NCBI GenBank assembly: GCA_000165425.1
Contig: CT868429.1
Span: 124,001 to 188,000, forward strand
From: Paramecium tetraurelia
Taxonomy: Eukaryota
Length of the DNA: 64,000 nucleotides
Reading direction: 5' to 3'
The notes under the pieces are model-generated. The model saw nothing but the letters and a program-made list of their open reading frames with translations, did not search any database and was not told the DNA's origin. Numbering within the stretch: the stretch's first letter is position 1; each line of letters begins with the position of its first letter. Shown piece after piece: positions 1 through 12,982 of the stretch. A program made the position numbers and the translations under genes.

Positions 1-532
1 AATTTCCTCCATAAACTCTAAGTCCAATAGAACACTGCACTCTTTAATTTAAAAACCCTTAAGAGACAACTATATTATATTGAGGTATTATACAATGTAT
101 TCTGCTCTCTCGTGAATGTTTTTCAATACTGAATAGGCTTCATTGATAAAGGCAGAATACTCTTGACTATATGAAATATTGATGGTAGGCATAGTCACAA
201 ATCGATCAGGATGAAATTTTAATTGCAATGATCTATATTTGTCTTCTAAATATCTGGTTTCCACATTGATGTTAATAGGCAAATCAAAAAGCTCAAAGTA
301 ATTAACATCTTATAATTAAGGAGAAGGCTCTTTTAAATATTTGCACTAACCACAAATAAATCTGTTATATAAACATCATTTGATTTACAGATTCCAACAA
401 GTAACTCTTAGATGGTAACAAACTTGCTATAAAGATTAAAGCGAATTCAAAGAATTAAGATCATTTAAGGATAATGGAGCATGTTATTTATATGACAAAA
501 ATAGATAAATTTAATAGGAGAGATAATTACAT
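1..532 (-). CDS. HSCB: HscB/Hsc20 Fe-S cluster co-chaperone (3' end outside the window; 5' part irregular, possibly decaying)
   Basis: J-domain NYFELFDLP...KYRSLQLKFHPDRF...INEAYSVLK...RAEY; CWN...FICGQC zinc-knuckle remnant; intron ~70-93; no clean in-frame ATG found. Confidence 0.8.
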
Positions 533-575
533 AAACTATTTAAAATATTCAAATTATATGTTTTATAAATACATT

Positions 576-3012
576 TCACAAATCCTCACTCTATTCAGCT
601 CTCTTAAGCAAAGTTAATTTCTCAAATTGTTTCTGATACATAGCTATGTACTTACCTTCTGCATATATTGATAACTGATCGTCATAATGTTCAGACAAAG
701 GATTTCCACTTACTCCCCCATCTACAATGAACTAACCTACATCGCCAGGTGCCATAGATACAAGCATTCTGTAATTTGCACCAGCAAAACCTCTAAATGG
801 AAATTGAGATATATCGAATGTTGATACAGATGGAGTTCTAGAATATAAGCATATATAATAAACCTTCTATTTCCTCCAAATGGTATTTCTCTATCAAAAA
901 TACCAAAGAATTTATCTTTAAAGGTAAAATGTCCTTGAAACTTTTTATGATTGTTTCCCCATTCCTATTTTGGTAATGATTTGTACTGTTCGACAGCCTA
1001 TTCAACTGCTTAATTCAAGAGTTATGAACAAGTATAAGGTAAACACCATGCTCCATTTTCCTTAAATCTTGTTAATTCATGGAAAAAGAAAGAATCGAAA
1101 TTGTATGTTTATGACCATCTAGGAGGTAATTTTGAAAAACTCTTAGAATAATGATGTTCAAATAACATATAAAGAGTGGCTTATTTTGAATCTTTACTTA
1201 AATTAAAATCCCAAGAATCTATTTGTTCCTTAAAATATTGAGATTGAATTAACTTTTTTAAAGTCGGCCAACTTTACTTTGCATAACTATCAACTGTATC
1301 TAATTGTAATTATTTCATTTATTCATAACTAACCTTATTTGGGACAATCTCAGATAGAACTTGATAAATTCTATGAGCTCTGCCAGTAGGATTGATATTC
1401 CAATTACAATGATACTTCTCGTTTTTAGGGAAGAATCTATTGTTGGCAGTAGCAACGAATCCTTTAGGTGGATTAATTATAATTGGATGCTCATTTTCAG
1501 GAATAAACCCTAGCCATTCTGTCTCTCCATTCCATCCCTTTTTAATAAAACCATAATCCTCAGGATTTCCTGATCTTATCACTTATTTTCCAACTATCAT
1601 ATAAGCTACATCTTTTTATGAAGCAAAGATCATTCCTAAACCTGGATACACAACCTTTTTGAGATGCTTCAATTATTCACTTAGATCTGACCCTTATATG
1701 AAACGTATCATCGCTCTAAAATAATAATGTATTTAAAATACTCTGGTCCATAGATATCATCAATGTCTATTAAAGATCTCAAAGAGTAGGTCTTGTCTAA
1801 TTATTTGATAGTTTTGGTTCCTCTATCATCAAAGTAGAAATTCAAGATAGGCCCATGATGAGTTCTGTGAATTGTCATTTCGTATGTCTTATCTCCATAA
1901 TGAATAAGTTCGACTTTTTCTTTGGTGGGGTACCATTTATCTTAAAATAAATAATGCATTTTCCCATCAATTTCTTTCAATTGTTCTTCATATAAATCAC
2001 TAGAATCAGAATATGAAATAGTGATTCCCCATCCCATATTCTTAGTTCTGCCTGATAAAATATAAGGAAGACCCACAACAGCCCCTCCTGCAACGAAGTC
2101 TCCATTTGGAAAAGTAGTTGAACTCTAATACCATTGAGATGGCAACCCATTTTCCAAGTGGGGATCTGATGCTAAGAATGGATAACCTGTGTTAGTGAAG
2201 TTTCCATGCACTGCCCAACTATTACTTCCCACACTTAAAGGAATAACATTATCAATCAAAAACTTATAGGATTACATAAGATCAGCAACTTAAATATTGG
2301 ATGGTGATTTTATATTGTGAAATTAGTCACTATGCAAATTAGTTTATTCTTTCAATTCCTATTCATTTATTGTCGTAGTTTCAATGTCAAATAGATTGTC
2401 TGGTCCTATACCTGTTAAGTACTTAATTGTTTCTAAATCAAATTCCTAAATAGATGATCTCATCATTTCAAAATGGAAGTCATTCATAGTTGTTTAGGCC
2501 ATAAATTTAATAAAGCATATCACATCAAAGATTTCCCATTCGATGAAATTAGAACGAGTCAATTAGAATTCTATTGGTAATAGAGTAAAGGTGCTTCTTC
2601 CTTTGTTAATTCCATCAACATAGGCCTAGAATAATTATTAGCCTTCTGAACTCAATTAATTAACAATTCTTCTAGCTGAATCCTAGTAATCTAAGCCTCT
2701 AAAATATTAATCAACTTTTAAAGTACGCTCTCCAAAAACCTCAGACAATCTTCCTTAAGATGCCATTTTCCTAATATGCAATTACCATAATCTATCCTAA
2801 GCTTAAACAAACCCTTGAGCATATAGACCATCCGGTAATGAGTGAGCTTAAATGTGTGGCACACCAAATTTATCTCTATAAATTTTTATATCGTGATCTC
2901 TATTGATGTGTATGATTGATTAATAAGATGGCACACTCAAGTATGAAAATATCTTAAATGCACATAGCAATCCTATTATTGCTGAAACAAATATTCCAAT
3001 TTTGATTCCCAT
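576..3012 (-). CDS. Penicillin acylase / AHL-acylase family Ntn-hydrolase with N-terminal signal/anchor
   Basis: MGIKIGIFVSAIIGLLCAF leader; YRDKFGVPHI...GFVQAQDRLWQL; catalytic beta-chain start GSNSWAVHG...LASDPHL; NPPKGFVATANN; ends SEDL-TGA; tiny introns near 840-865 and 1715-1741. Confidence 0.92.
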
Positions 3013-3065
3013 AATTAATATTTATATGATTGATCAATAGATAAGGAAACACTATGTACAGAGTG

Positions 3066-3128
3066 AATAATGATGATAATTTTATGAAAACCATGAATAA
3101 CTGAATGGAATTCTGCTTCTCTGATATA
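3066..3128 (+). ncRNA. Candidate box C/D snoRNA guiding LSU rRNA 2'-O-methylation
   Basis: C box ATGATGA 3070-3076, D box CTGA 3121-3124; 12-nt GAATTCTGCTTC (3108-3119) one nt upstream of the D box is complementary to conserved LSU rRNA GAAGCAGAAUUC; intergenic. Confidence 0.7.
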
Positions 3129-3925
3129 TTTATTTTTATGAGGAAAAATAACTGATACACCTAAAGGTATCACTAAAACTTAATATTTTGATTTAATTGT
3201 TGCTGTTAAACTTAAGAAAAGAATTGAATCTTCATTGAGATAATTGGATAATCTTTTAAAGATTCATTAAATAGATTAGTATCTTCTTAAATTATGTGTA
3301 AACTAAACTTAAAGACTTCTATTTTTTATACAAAATCTTAACTATTATTGTAATTAAGAGAAAACAAGCATTCCTTATCCTTTATTTAGTCTTGCATCCT
3401 TAAATTGAATTATATCCAATAGATGCTAATGTAATTTATTCAATCTAATATGTTAGGCTAATGGATTATATTCAATTTCATTGGATAAAATATATAGTTT
3501 TTGTAAAATAACATCTCTTACAAATGAAGATTATTATTTAATAACATACTTACGATCAGAATAAGAATAAGTGAAATTGAAAAATGGAGTAATAATATAT
3601 CCAAGTAAATCTGATTTTTAATTGTTGATCATATTATATATGCATACCCTATTGAGATACGGAACCAGTATTCAATGCTGATATGAATGGAATCAATTTA
3701 AATTTGAAATAGGAAATTCAAAATAAACCAGTTTGGATAATCAAATAGACTTTCCACAATAGTTATAAAGAAGGAATCAGAGAGGGATTCGCTAAGCTTA
3801 CCTGCAGGACTGATAATTCTGGAAGAAAGCAAAATTGGATTTTAGAGGAGAAATAGGGGATTGAATATGAATAGGAAGTTTTAGTTGATTTGATTTTAAA
3901 ATTTAAGATTTTATTTTGCTTTAAA

Positions 3926-4753
3926 ATGTCTTAAAAGAAGCCACAAATGCAAGTTGAGTAAGTTTTTGGATTAGATGGTGTAGATAAAAGGTTCCAGAAA
4001 ACATAGTGAAGAAGAATGCAAGAGACACCAAATTGAGAGAAGCTGTTGCTAAGAGAAGAACAGAGAGATTGGCTGCAAACAAAACAAGAAGAGCTTAATG
4101 GGAAAAGACTGCTTAAGCTTATGAAAACGAATACAAAGCTGCTGATAAGAACCTAGTTGATAGCTTACGTAAGGCAAAGACTGAAGGTGGATTCTATGTA
4201 CCAGCAGAATCTAAATTGATCTTGGTGGTAAGAATCAGAGGGTATCGAATTATGATATATATTACAGTATCAACACCTTGAATCCTCAAGTCAGATAAAC
4301 TTTGAGACTTTTGAAATTGAGATAACTTCACAATGCAGCCTTTGTCAGAGTCAACAAGGCTACAATTGAAATGATCAGAAAGGTTGAGCCATATGTGACC
4401 TATGGATATCCATCAAGAGCTGTCATCAAGAATCTGATTTACAAGAGAGGATATGCCAAAATTAATGGTCAAAGAATTCCAATCACAAACAACAACATTA
4501 TTGAATAATCATTAGGAAAAGTCGGAATTCACAGCATTGAAGATCTCGTCCATGAGATTGTTACAGTAGGAGCTCATTTCAAGGAAGCAAACAGATTTTT
4601 GTGGTAATAAATTCATTTATTAAATTTTAAAGGGCATTCAAATTGAGAGGACCAAGAGGTGGCTTTATTGCTAAGAGAAGATCATTCATCAATTAAGGTG
4701 ATTGGGGAAACAGAGAAGATCTCATCAATGATCTTGTCAAGAGAATGATTTGA
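3926..4753 (+). CDS. RPL7: 60S ribosomal protein L7 (uL30)
   Basis: [66 protein letters not shown]; 3 introns (~3958-3983, 4242-4267, 4604-4632). Confidence 0.97.
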
Positions 4754-4986
4754 TTGAACATTAATTATATATACATTAATAAAAAATATCAATTATTTAA
4801 CAAAGTTTTCATATTATATTGGGGAATGTAGGTGAAATACTTAGAATATGATAAGCTAAGTAAATGAATGCATAACCATCTTGCAGAAGGAGTAATTAGA
4901 ACATTTAAATAACTAAATAATTATTGTTAAAAAGTTCTGTTTGTTTTTAACCTTTAATATTTAATATTTAATTTTATTTGAGAAAT

Positions 4987-5993
4987 ATGTTATAACCTAG
5001 ACCCCCATTTCCATCAGGACAAATGGATTTAATTTTAGGGAAGACTGAAACCTACGGAGCATTATTTTTAAGTGGAATTGAGGCAGCTTTGAATCCATAA
5101 TTAATGCAATAAAACTAGATTGGGGCAGTATTAACAGTGGGGACAGAATTGTCTAATCTTAAATTTGATTGTGAATAAAAAGTAGTTATGCTGACCATCT
5201 TTAGTTGATTATGTTACATGATACTGCTTATGATCCTATAAGAAGACATTTCGAGGAGGCCATACATTTTATTGATGAATAACGAAAAACAAAGAATGTT
5301 TTAGTCCACTGCTTTGTTGGAGTCAGCAGAAGTGCTACGTTGGTGATAGCCTATTTAATGCAAATGTATAATTACTCACTTCAAGTTGCACTTACATTCC
5401 TCATTGGTAGGAGGCCTTAAATCAACCCAAATCCAGGGTTTATGCAACAATTATAATAATTCGATTTCGAATTAAACAGAAGGAGACAGCAAAGACCTGC
5501 TAGTACTTAGTATGTTAGATCTTATAATGACCGAGACAGAAGAGAATCTATTGAAGTAAGATCAACAACAAGGCAATTTCCAAATCAAAGTCCATTGAAA
5601 AGAGTCAATCAGAAAGCTATGTCAACTAAGTCATTATTTCTGACTCCCAAAAAAAGCGAAACTCAAAATTATTTTAATTTTACTCCCACCGTTAAACCGA
5701 ATAATCCCCTTGAAATTAAATCAGTTACTTAGAGTGCCTAAAATTTAGACAACTGCGTCTTGAAGCAATCGAATTATTATGGAAACAATACTAAGAAATT
5801 AGTCGAAACTGCCATCAATGGATTTAAATCTGCTTCTTCATTCTGTAAGACTTTCTCCAATCATTTCCCTATGGCCAAAAATCAAATGCTTGCACAAACC
5901 TAAACATTACTTAAGAGAACTCAAGGCTCGGGGTTAGGACATAGGGGAAGATAACCAATAAGGGCCTAAACTAAAATTGAATATAATATATGA
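4987..5993 (+). CDS. Dual-specificity protein phosphatase
   Basis: VLVHCFVGVSRSATLVIAYLM and INPNPGFMQQL motifs; one intron ~5183-5207. Confidence 0.93.
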
Positions 5994-5995
5994 TG

Positions 5996-7635
5996 TCATT
6001 TTAAATCATAATATTTCCAAAACGTTCCATCAAAAATTATAATTCTTCTTTGATCATGAGCGCAATTTCCTTAATTATCCAACACTACATTTTATAATGC
6101 CAAGATCCTTCCCTAATGAATAATCGGTACATTGTTCCAGAATCCTTCAGCTTGAGGCAACTATTTGGTTTGAATTACTTTAGCTGTCTTGTCATTTATC
6201 TCAAGAATAATGCACTCTTTTGATCCTTTATTATTTTCCAAATATCCACCGAATATCATTAATTAATTTTATTCTATTTAAATCGAACACATCATTGAGG
6301 CCATGGAAGTCAATTGTGATGTAATGGTGCAAGGTACCCAAGAGTCCTTCTGTAGAAATTCTATTTATTGATTGATTGCCATATTTTGCACTAGTATAAA
6401 TAGAATTTAATACTTATTCCACCAGCAACCGTAACAACATCATTAAATATGCTAACACTAGGCGATCCCAGAGCATTGCTTAAATTGGGTAATTTTATTA
6501 CTCTTTTATTTAAACAATCAAATGCTTCACATGAATTAGTTATCTACAAATTATCCAAATATCCACCAATTATAAAAAGTTCATTTTGTTTCCAAATTAA
6601 ACCATGTGAACTTCGTCCATTATTCATTTGTCCGATTTCTTATAATTGATAATTTGAAAAGTTGAATTGATAAATTTTATTACTCTTCTTCTTATTAGGC
6701 AATGACCCTCCAGTTAAGTATATCTGTCCATCTGGAGTTATTAATGATTTTGAAAATGGCAATACCTCGACATAGTTTGAGATTTAAACAGGTCTCCACA
6801 ATTAATCAGGTAAGCTTAAGTCATATAACCAAAGCACCGATTTTCCTGTCTCAAAAAAGTGCAATAACTTATATTTATTTCTAAAAAATTCATTCGATTA
6901 TAGGTAGGTATCTTAGTACACTTAGGATATTTGACTTGTATTGAGTAACAAATTAGTTTGCAAAGGAACAAAATCAATCTATACATAATTTGTCAATGCT
7001 TATTGAATATGTTGTAAATTAGCTTAATTGAGTTAAATCATAGATGGATTGTTTTATTATAGATTTTATAAGTTTTTCATAACCTTCCTAAACTTAAGTT
7101 AATTTTTCTTGATATCCAAACTGCAAACACTTTTTAATACATTTATTTAATTTGAACTTTCCAATCCAACATATAAATTCTCTAATTCATTAAGAAAATT
7201 TTAAACATTTTCTTATTACTAAATAAAAATTTATTAAGAGTTTGTCTAAGATTCTATGTATTGCTTATATTGATCCTCTAATAAGGTGAAGTATTGATTA
7301 ACTAAATATATGACATTTTCTTTAGCCTTTTTGATATCTTTTATCGTCTGATCCTCATATTCTGTTTATCCATATTAGTTTACGATCGATTAAATTTTTT
7401 ACATCTCAATAATTCCTGATTTTATTTTTTTTTAGCAAAGCTACTTTACATTTGCTAAACTTTCAATATCTGCTGTTGTAGATACTTAAGTATGATATTA
7501 AGTATGTGATTCAACGCAATCTGTACATAAAGGTTTTAAGCAATCGACTGTTTAACAAAAGATTGTCAATTATTCTGAAGGATGATTTTAACAGAACTAC
7601 TTTACAAGGAAGCTTTATGACATTGATTGACTCAT
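5996..7635 (-). CDS. B-box zinc finger, coiled coil and Kelch-repeat protein
   Basis: N-terminal CQNHPSE...FCQTVDCLKPLCTDCVESH; Kelch GG motifs (ILITGG, GRSSHG...LFIIGGY, MIFGGY). Confidence 0.85.
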
Positions 7636-7871
7636 TAATATAAATTTTTAATTTTATCTATAATATATCAAATAAAAGCATATATATCTTTAAGGAGCTT
7701 ATAAATTTTGAAGTTCAAATATACTTATTATTATCATAAAGGATAATATTTATTTATAAAATGATTCAATATATTCGTTTACTTTATATGGTGTATATCT
7801 GAATATTCTCATGTTATTTAATTATATATAAAAAGCAATAGTTTATTTTAAATATATACACCATAATTAAA

Positions 7872-8761
7872 ATGAATAATTCAGATAAGATCTCATGGTA
7901 TCCAGGACATATGAAAAGAGCTATGGAACATTTAGAGAAGAGAATAACTGATGTATAATTATTTTTAGAATTGCGAGATGCTCGGGTGCCTTTTTCATCA
8001 AAAAACTATCATTTCGATAATTTGATGTAGGCTCACAATAAAGAGAAGATTATCATATTTAATAAATTTGATTTATGCAATTAGGATATAACGAATAAAA
8101 TAATAGAGAAATACAAAAAGGTTGGAATTTAATGTATAGCTACATCTGCAAGGGAGAGATTGAATTTGAGGGAGTTGATTATGATGACCAACACCTATAA
8201 ATCAGCCAAATTTGCGACAGTAGGGATGTGGTTAATGATTTGTGGAATGCCCAATGTTGGAAAGTCCACAATAATAAATTAGTTGAGACAAACAACTCCT
8301 AAATTAAATAAAAGGAAAGCTCTAGCTAAATCAACAGCCAGTCCTTGCACTACTAAAAATGTGGCTGGAATTAAAATATGCGATGAACCTCTAGCATATT
8401 TGGTTGACACTCCTGGCGTGATGATCCCTAATATTACTGAGGAAGAACAAGGACTGAAATTAGGAGTAAAACATAACAAATAATCTTTGAATAGTTGGTT
8501 GGATGCATTAAAGATAAAATTGTCACCAAAGAAAGAATGTTAGACTATTTAGTAAGAGAGATGAATTAATAATAGATGGAAAAGTATTATAAGATTTATG
8601 GTCTCAATTAAAGACCCAAAACAGGTGGTGAGTACATGTTGGCTGTAAGGGAAAGATACAACCACTACAATTATGAGACCACAATCGATTTCATATTAAA
8701 TGGATTCAGAATTGGCAAATTAGGAAATATTACTTTAGACAGTGTAGAATTATTAAATTGA
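7872..8761 (+). CDS. MTG1: Mitochondrial ribosome-associated circularly permuted GTPase (RbgA/YlqF/MTG1 family)
   Basis: WYPGHM, ELRDARVP, NKFDL, GMPNVGKSTIIN, LVDTPG, FRIGKLGNITLD; intron ~8467-8494. Confidence 0.92.
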
Positions 8762-8828
8762 GTATTCTAGAACATTTATTAAACCAAATAAATCTAAAAT
8801 AAAATGCATATAAATAAATTTATTTCTA

Positions 8829-9500
8829 ATGTCATTTTATCCAGGATTCTACCCACAATACACACAACCCCTTGCAGCCTCCTTTGCAGCCCCTCTTGCT
8901 TATCCTTAAGCCTCAATTGTTAGACCTGTTGCCACAACTCCCATTTACACAGCTCCTGCCCCTATTTATACAGCCCCAGCCCCAGTTGTCACTCAATCAG
9001 TTGTCTAGCCAGTAGTTCAATCAGTTGTGCAACCAGTTGTTGCAGCTCAACCAGCAATCAAGGGAGAATCCAGAGTTGAATATAGAGAGTATTAGAGACC
9101 AGTCGTTGAATACGAGACTGAGACTATTGAAGTTAAAAAGCCTGTGACAAAATATGTTACAGACTATTACCCTGTTGAATATTAAACAGACTACATCCCA
9201 AGAACAGTCTACGAAACATAAACAGAATATGTACCTGTATAAAAAACAATTCCAAGAGTTGAATATGAAGCAGTGGAGAGGGAAGTCTAAAGAGTTGTAT
9301 GATGTATTAGTGAGATTTAGCCTGCTGCCCCCGTTCAATACGCTCCTGCCCCAGTTCAATATGCTCCTGCTCCTTTAACTTATTCAGTTGTTCAACCAGT
9401 ACCTTAAGTTGTCACCCAACCTGTAGCATCATATGGCACTCCATTAACATATTCTACAGTGAGACCTGCATATTATGGTGGATACCCATATTATTATTGA
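8829..9500 (+). CDS. Epiplasmin (cortical membrane-skeleton protein)
   Basis: P/V/Q/Y-rich termini flanking the central domain IKGESRVEY...VTDYYPVEYQTDYIP...TEYVPVQKTIPRVEYEAVE, typical of Paramecium epiplasmins; intron 9297-9320. Confidence 0.9.
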
Positions 9501-9550
9501 TTTGGAAAGAATTTTATATAAAAATCCAATTTATAAATAATATTTTCTTT

Positions 9551-11006
9551 ATGAGCTAAAGTAGTTAGAATAGAGTATTTATGAATAGATTCGTGGTGAA
9601 AAAGAAGATCTCATCTGGAGCATTTGGGGTCGTCTTTTTGGTGTTTGATAAATAGACAAATCAGGATGCAGCATTGAAATTGGAGAAAGAAGATAATGAA
9701 GAGATGAGATCTTTGGAAAGAGAAGTGGAAATCCTGAAATAATTGAATGATGCTGAAGGTACTCCTAAGTTGATTTGGTGTGGAAATGAAAGTGAATTCA
9801 ACATCATGGTTATATAATTGCTAGGAAGAGATTTATCATATTTTTTCAGATAATAAAAGAAGTTCAGTTTAAAATGTACAATTCAAATTGCTTATGAATG
9901 TGTTAATATTCTCAAAAATATTCACAATAAAAATGTGGTACACAGAGATCTTAAACCAGAAAATATTTTAATGTCTAAAGATAATGATGCCATTTACATA
10001 GTTGACTTTGGCATTAGTAAAATTTATTGCATTCAAGGAGAACATATGTAAATCTCAATTGTAATTGTATTTTAGGCCCTTTAAGAGCGACAAAACATTT
10101 ATGGGTACTCCTAGGTATGCATCTGTCGCTGCTCATTTGGGCCATGAGATATCTAGGAAGGATGATTTAGAATCTCTTTTTTATGTAATTTTATATTTTC
10201 TTCGTGGCAGTCTACCATGGTAAAATTTGCCAGTCTCAGAAAGTGAGCGAACTAAAGCTGTTGGAGAAATTAAATAAAACATAGATTTAAATGAATTATG
10301 CATTAATTAGCCCCATGAACTAGTCGAAATACTTTTATATTTGAAATCCTTGAATTTCTTGGATCAACCTAACTATCAATATATCCTTTAACTTCTTAAT
10401 CAAATTGCAGAAAACAACTAATTTCTATTAGATGGAATTTATGATTGGACTGAAGGATTAATGAAATCTACTAAGAAGTTTAGTTCTTTGGAATCTAAAA
10501 AATCCTTTGAATTCAACAAAATCAAAGAACTTTCTCCTGGAAACCTAATGAAAAGTTCATCAAAATTATCACAACAAATCATTTGGACAGTCAATGATTA
10601 ATAATAGCATCCACAAGTTGCGTATATTTTAATTAAATCTAGGCCCTCTTCTTAGCGTCATCTTTTGTTACCCCCTGATCCTAATAAAAAACCTGGACAA
10701 AGAACTGATCTCAGACATTTATCAAATTCATCATCAAATTCAAACGTTGGAACCTTTAGTTCTATGAAAATGAAATATCTGCCTTCCCAAATTGAAATAG
10801 AAAAACCAACTTTCTTCCCTAATTGGAATAAAACAGATAGACAATAGGAATCTTAATATTAAGACATTATGGATGAAAACAATGAAGATACTCCTTTGAG
10901 TTAGAAATACAATATAGCAATATTGAATTAAGCATTCGAGTACTTATACACATATATTAGATTTTACAACAAAAGATTCAATAAATTCCAAGAAATAGCA
11001 AACTGA
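9551..11006 (+). CDS. Casein kinase 1 family Ser/Thr kinase
   Basis: [49 protein letters not shown]; small introns. Confidence 0.93.
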
Positions 11007-11290
11007 AAATAATTTTTTGATATATTTTATTTCTAAAAAACCTAAATTTTATTGGTTAATCAAATCAGAATGAATTACGAATAAAGAGAAATCATTAATT
11101 CCCTATGATACAAAAATTGTCATATTAAATTCATAAAAATATTATAATATATTAAATAGATAAATTATCTATTTTTAATTATATTATGATAAAATGAATT
11201 CGAATAAGAATTTACTCTTTAACTATATTAAAAATTAATTTATAATATATATTAAGTGAAATTTAATTAGGAAAGATCATAGTAATAAAT

Positions 11291-12847
11291 ATGATATTGA
11301 ATAAATTAAAATAACAACATTTTTGGTACATCAATAAAAATTGGAGGATAAAGAATCAAATTCTAATCATACAAATCGTAAGTTCAATTTTTGTATTTAT
11401 ACTATTAGCCTCTTCCATAATAATTAGTTAATTAATAATTTAGAAATCAATAGAAGAATCATCTGAAAAAATATTCGTCAAATAAACCTTGCAATAATTA
11501 AATAGTGTTTGGTTGCACAAAAATAATCTTTAGTAATTAATTAGGTCTGCATCATAACAAATTTAAATTGTCTAATCATTCAATCAATTTATTGAAAAAA
11601 CTAGTATTTTGACAATGATGCCTTTATAATGTCTGAATTAACCTAATACCAATGATTCATATTGCTATAGTTCATCATATTGCTTTGGGCTCTTTGGAGA
11701 TTGGTTTAATCAAACCCACCTTGATCAGTTAAGTTAAGTATTTGCAGTAACCTCCTTACTTACGCAATTTAGGATCGCTGTTGATAATACATAAGCCTTG
11801 TACTTTAGTCATGCCAACCAGGCATAATTTTATACAATAAATTAAGGCTTCTATTTTAACTAAGGATTCAAACCACACCTAAGGCCATGGTACTTATATC
11901 ATCTCAATTATACATTGAGTGTCCTTAATAATAGCAATCTAATTGTTTACGGAAAACCATATGAAATATTTACAGGAGGAATTAGAATCCCCATGACTTC
12001 TAACTTACTTAATATAGATTAAGGATTTGAAGGAGTAATTGCTAAAGATATAGATTTTAATTAAACTTCAGCTTTCAAATTGTTAGATTAAGAAACTACA
12101 TTAATAATAATTAATTGTTATGGTTAAGTAATTTATAGTAGACTTTATGATTAGTTAAATTAATCATTATATTCTATATTTGATGAGATTTATACTGGCT
12201 TTAACGAAACAGATTTTCAATAGATTATGAATTATCATAATCATAAGAATTTTTCAAATAGTTGCAATTTAATTCTAGAATAGGATAATGTCTTGTGTAG
12301 ATATAATTCTAAGTTAGATGATTTTTGCATAATTTAAACAGCATAAATTGCTAACACCCCCTACATTTTAGTATTATTCCAAGATTCTAAAAATATCAAA
12401 ATGACCTAAGAAGAATAATACAGCTTGATAAATAACGAATAAAGTAAAATTACATAGCAAAATATTATTATGTATTTGCTATTAACTTTATTTGTTCTAT
12501 TGATTGCATAATTGATGTCAAGCATAATGCTGAAATAGTTGAATCTATTGATCTGTTATACGAAATATAACATTTATGATAATTGGATATTCAATTTATC
12601 TAAGATGATAAATTTGAAATAAAAATATTTGATTCAATCTCAAGAAATAACAAATTTGTATTTTAGTGTTGTTGAATTGATCCATTATCGAAGACCTTCA
12701 AAAAAAAATAAGCAATGTTCTACCGAAGAGAGTAAGTAGTAGTATCCTTAATCAAGAAAACTCAAAAGAATTAAACAAATAAAGGAATTAGTAAATCAAA
12801 TTGAAGATTAGTAACTACAAAGCGAAAAAGAATTCTATAAGCTATGA
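11291..12847 (+). CDS. 2-TM membrane protein with extracellular dCache-like sensor domain, about 518 aa, intronless
   Basis: Open code-6 frame; TM1 near aa 25-50; FKPHLRPWY...GKPY...GVIAKDIDF Cache-type motif; TM2 ~12465-12530; short cytoplasmic tail. Confidence 0.75.
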
Positions 12848-12982
12848 TTTGACCAAAAAATACTTTGATTTAATTAAATATTTTCTCATATTAAAGATCT
12901 AAGTTGAAGAACTTGCTCTTAAAAATGCTTAATATTCATTAGTTTGATTAATTATCATATAATTATTAACTAAATTAAATTA

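Noticed and set aside
576..3012. Bacterial contamination or endosymbiont insertion
   Set aside because: The gene uses TAA/TAG as Gln, has tiny introns and host-like AT content.
2954..3160. ORF-track 68-aa minus ORF as the acylase N-terminus
   Set aside because: Out of frame with the acylase, whose ATG at 3012 gives a good leader; it overlaps the snoRNA candidate antisense.
4820..4890. GGTGAAATACTTAGA resembling an SSU rRNA motif
   Set aside because: Similarity is too short and does not extend; not an rRNA fragment I can support.
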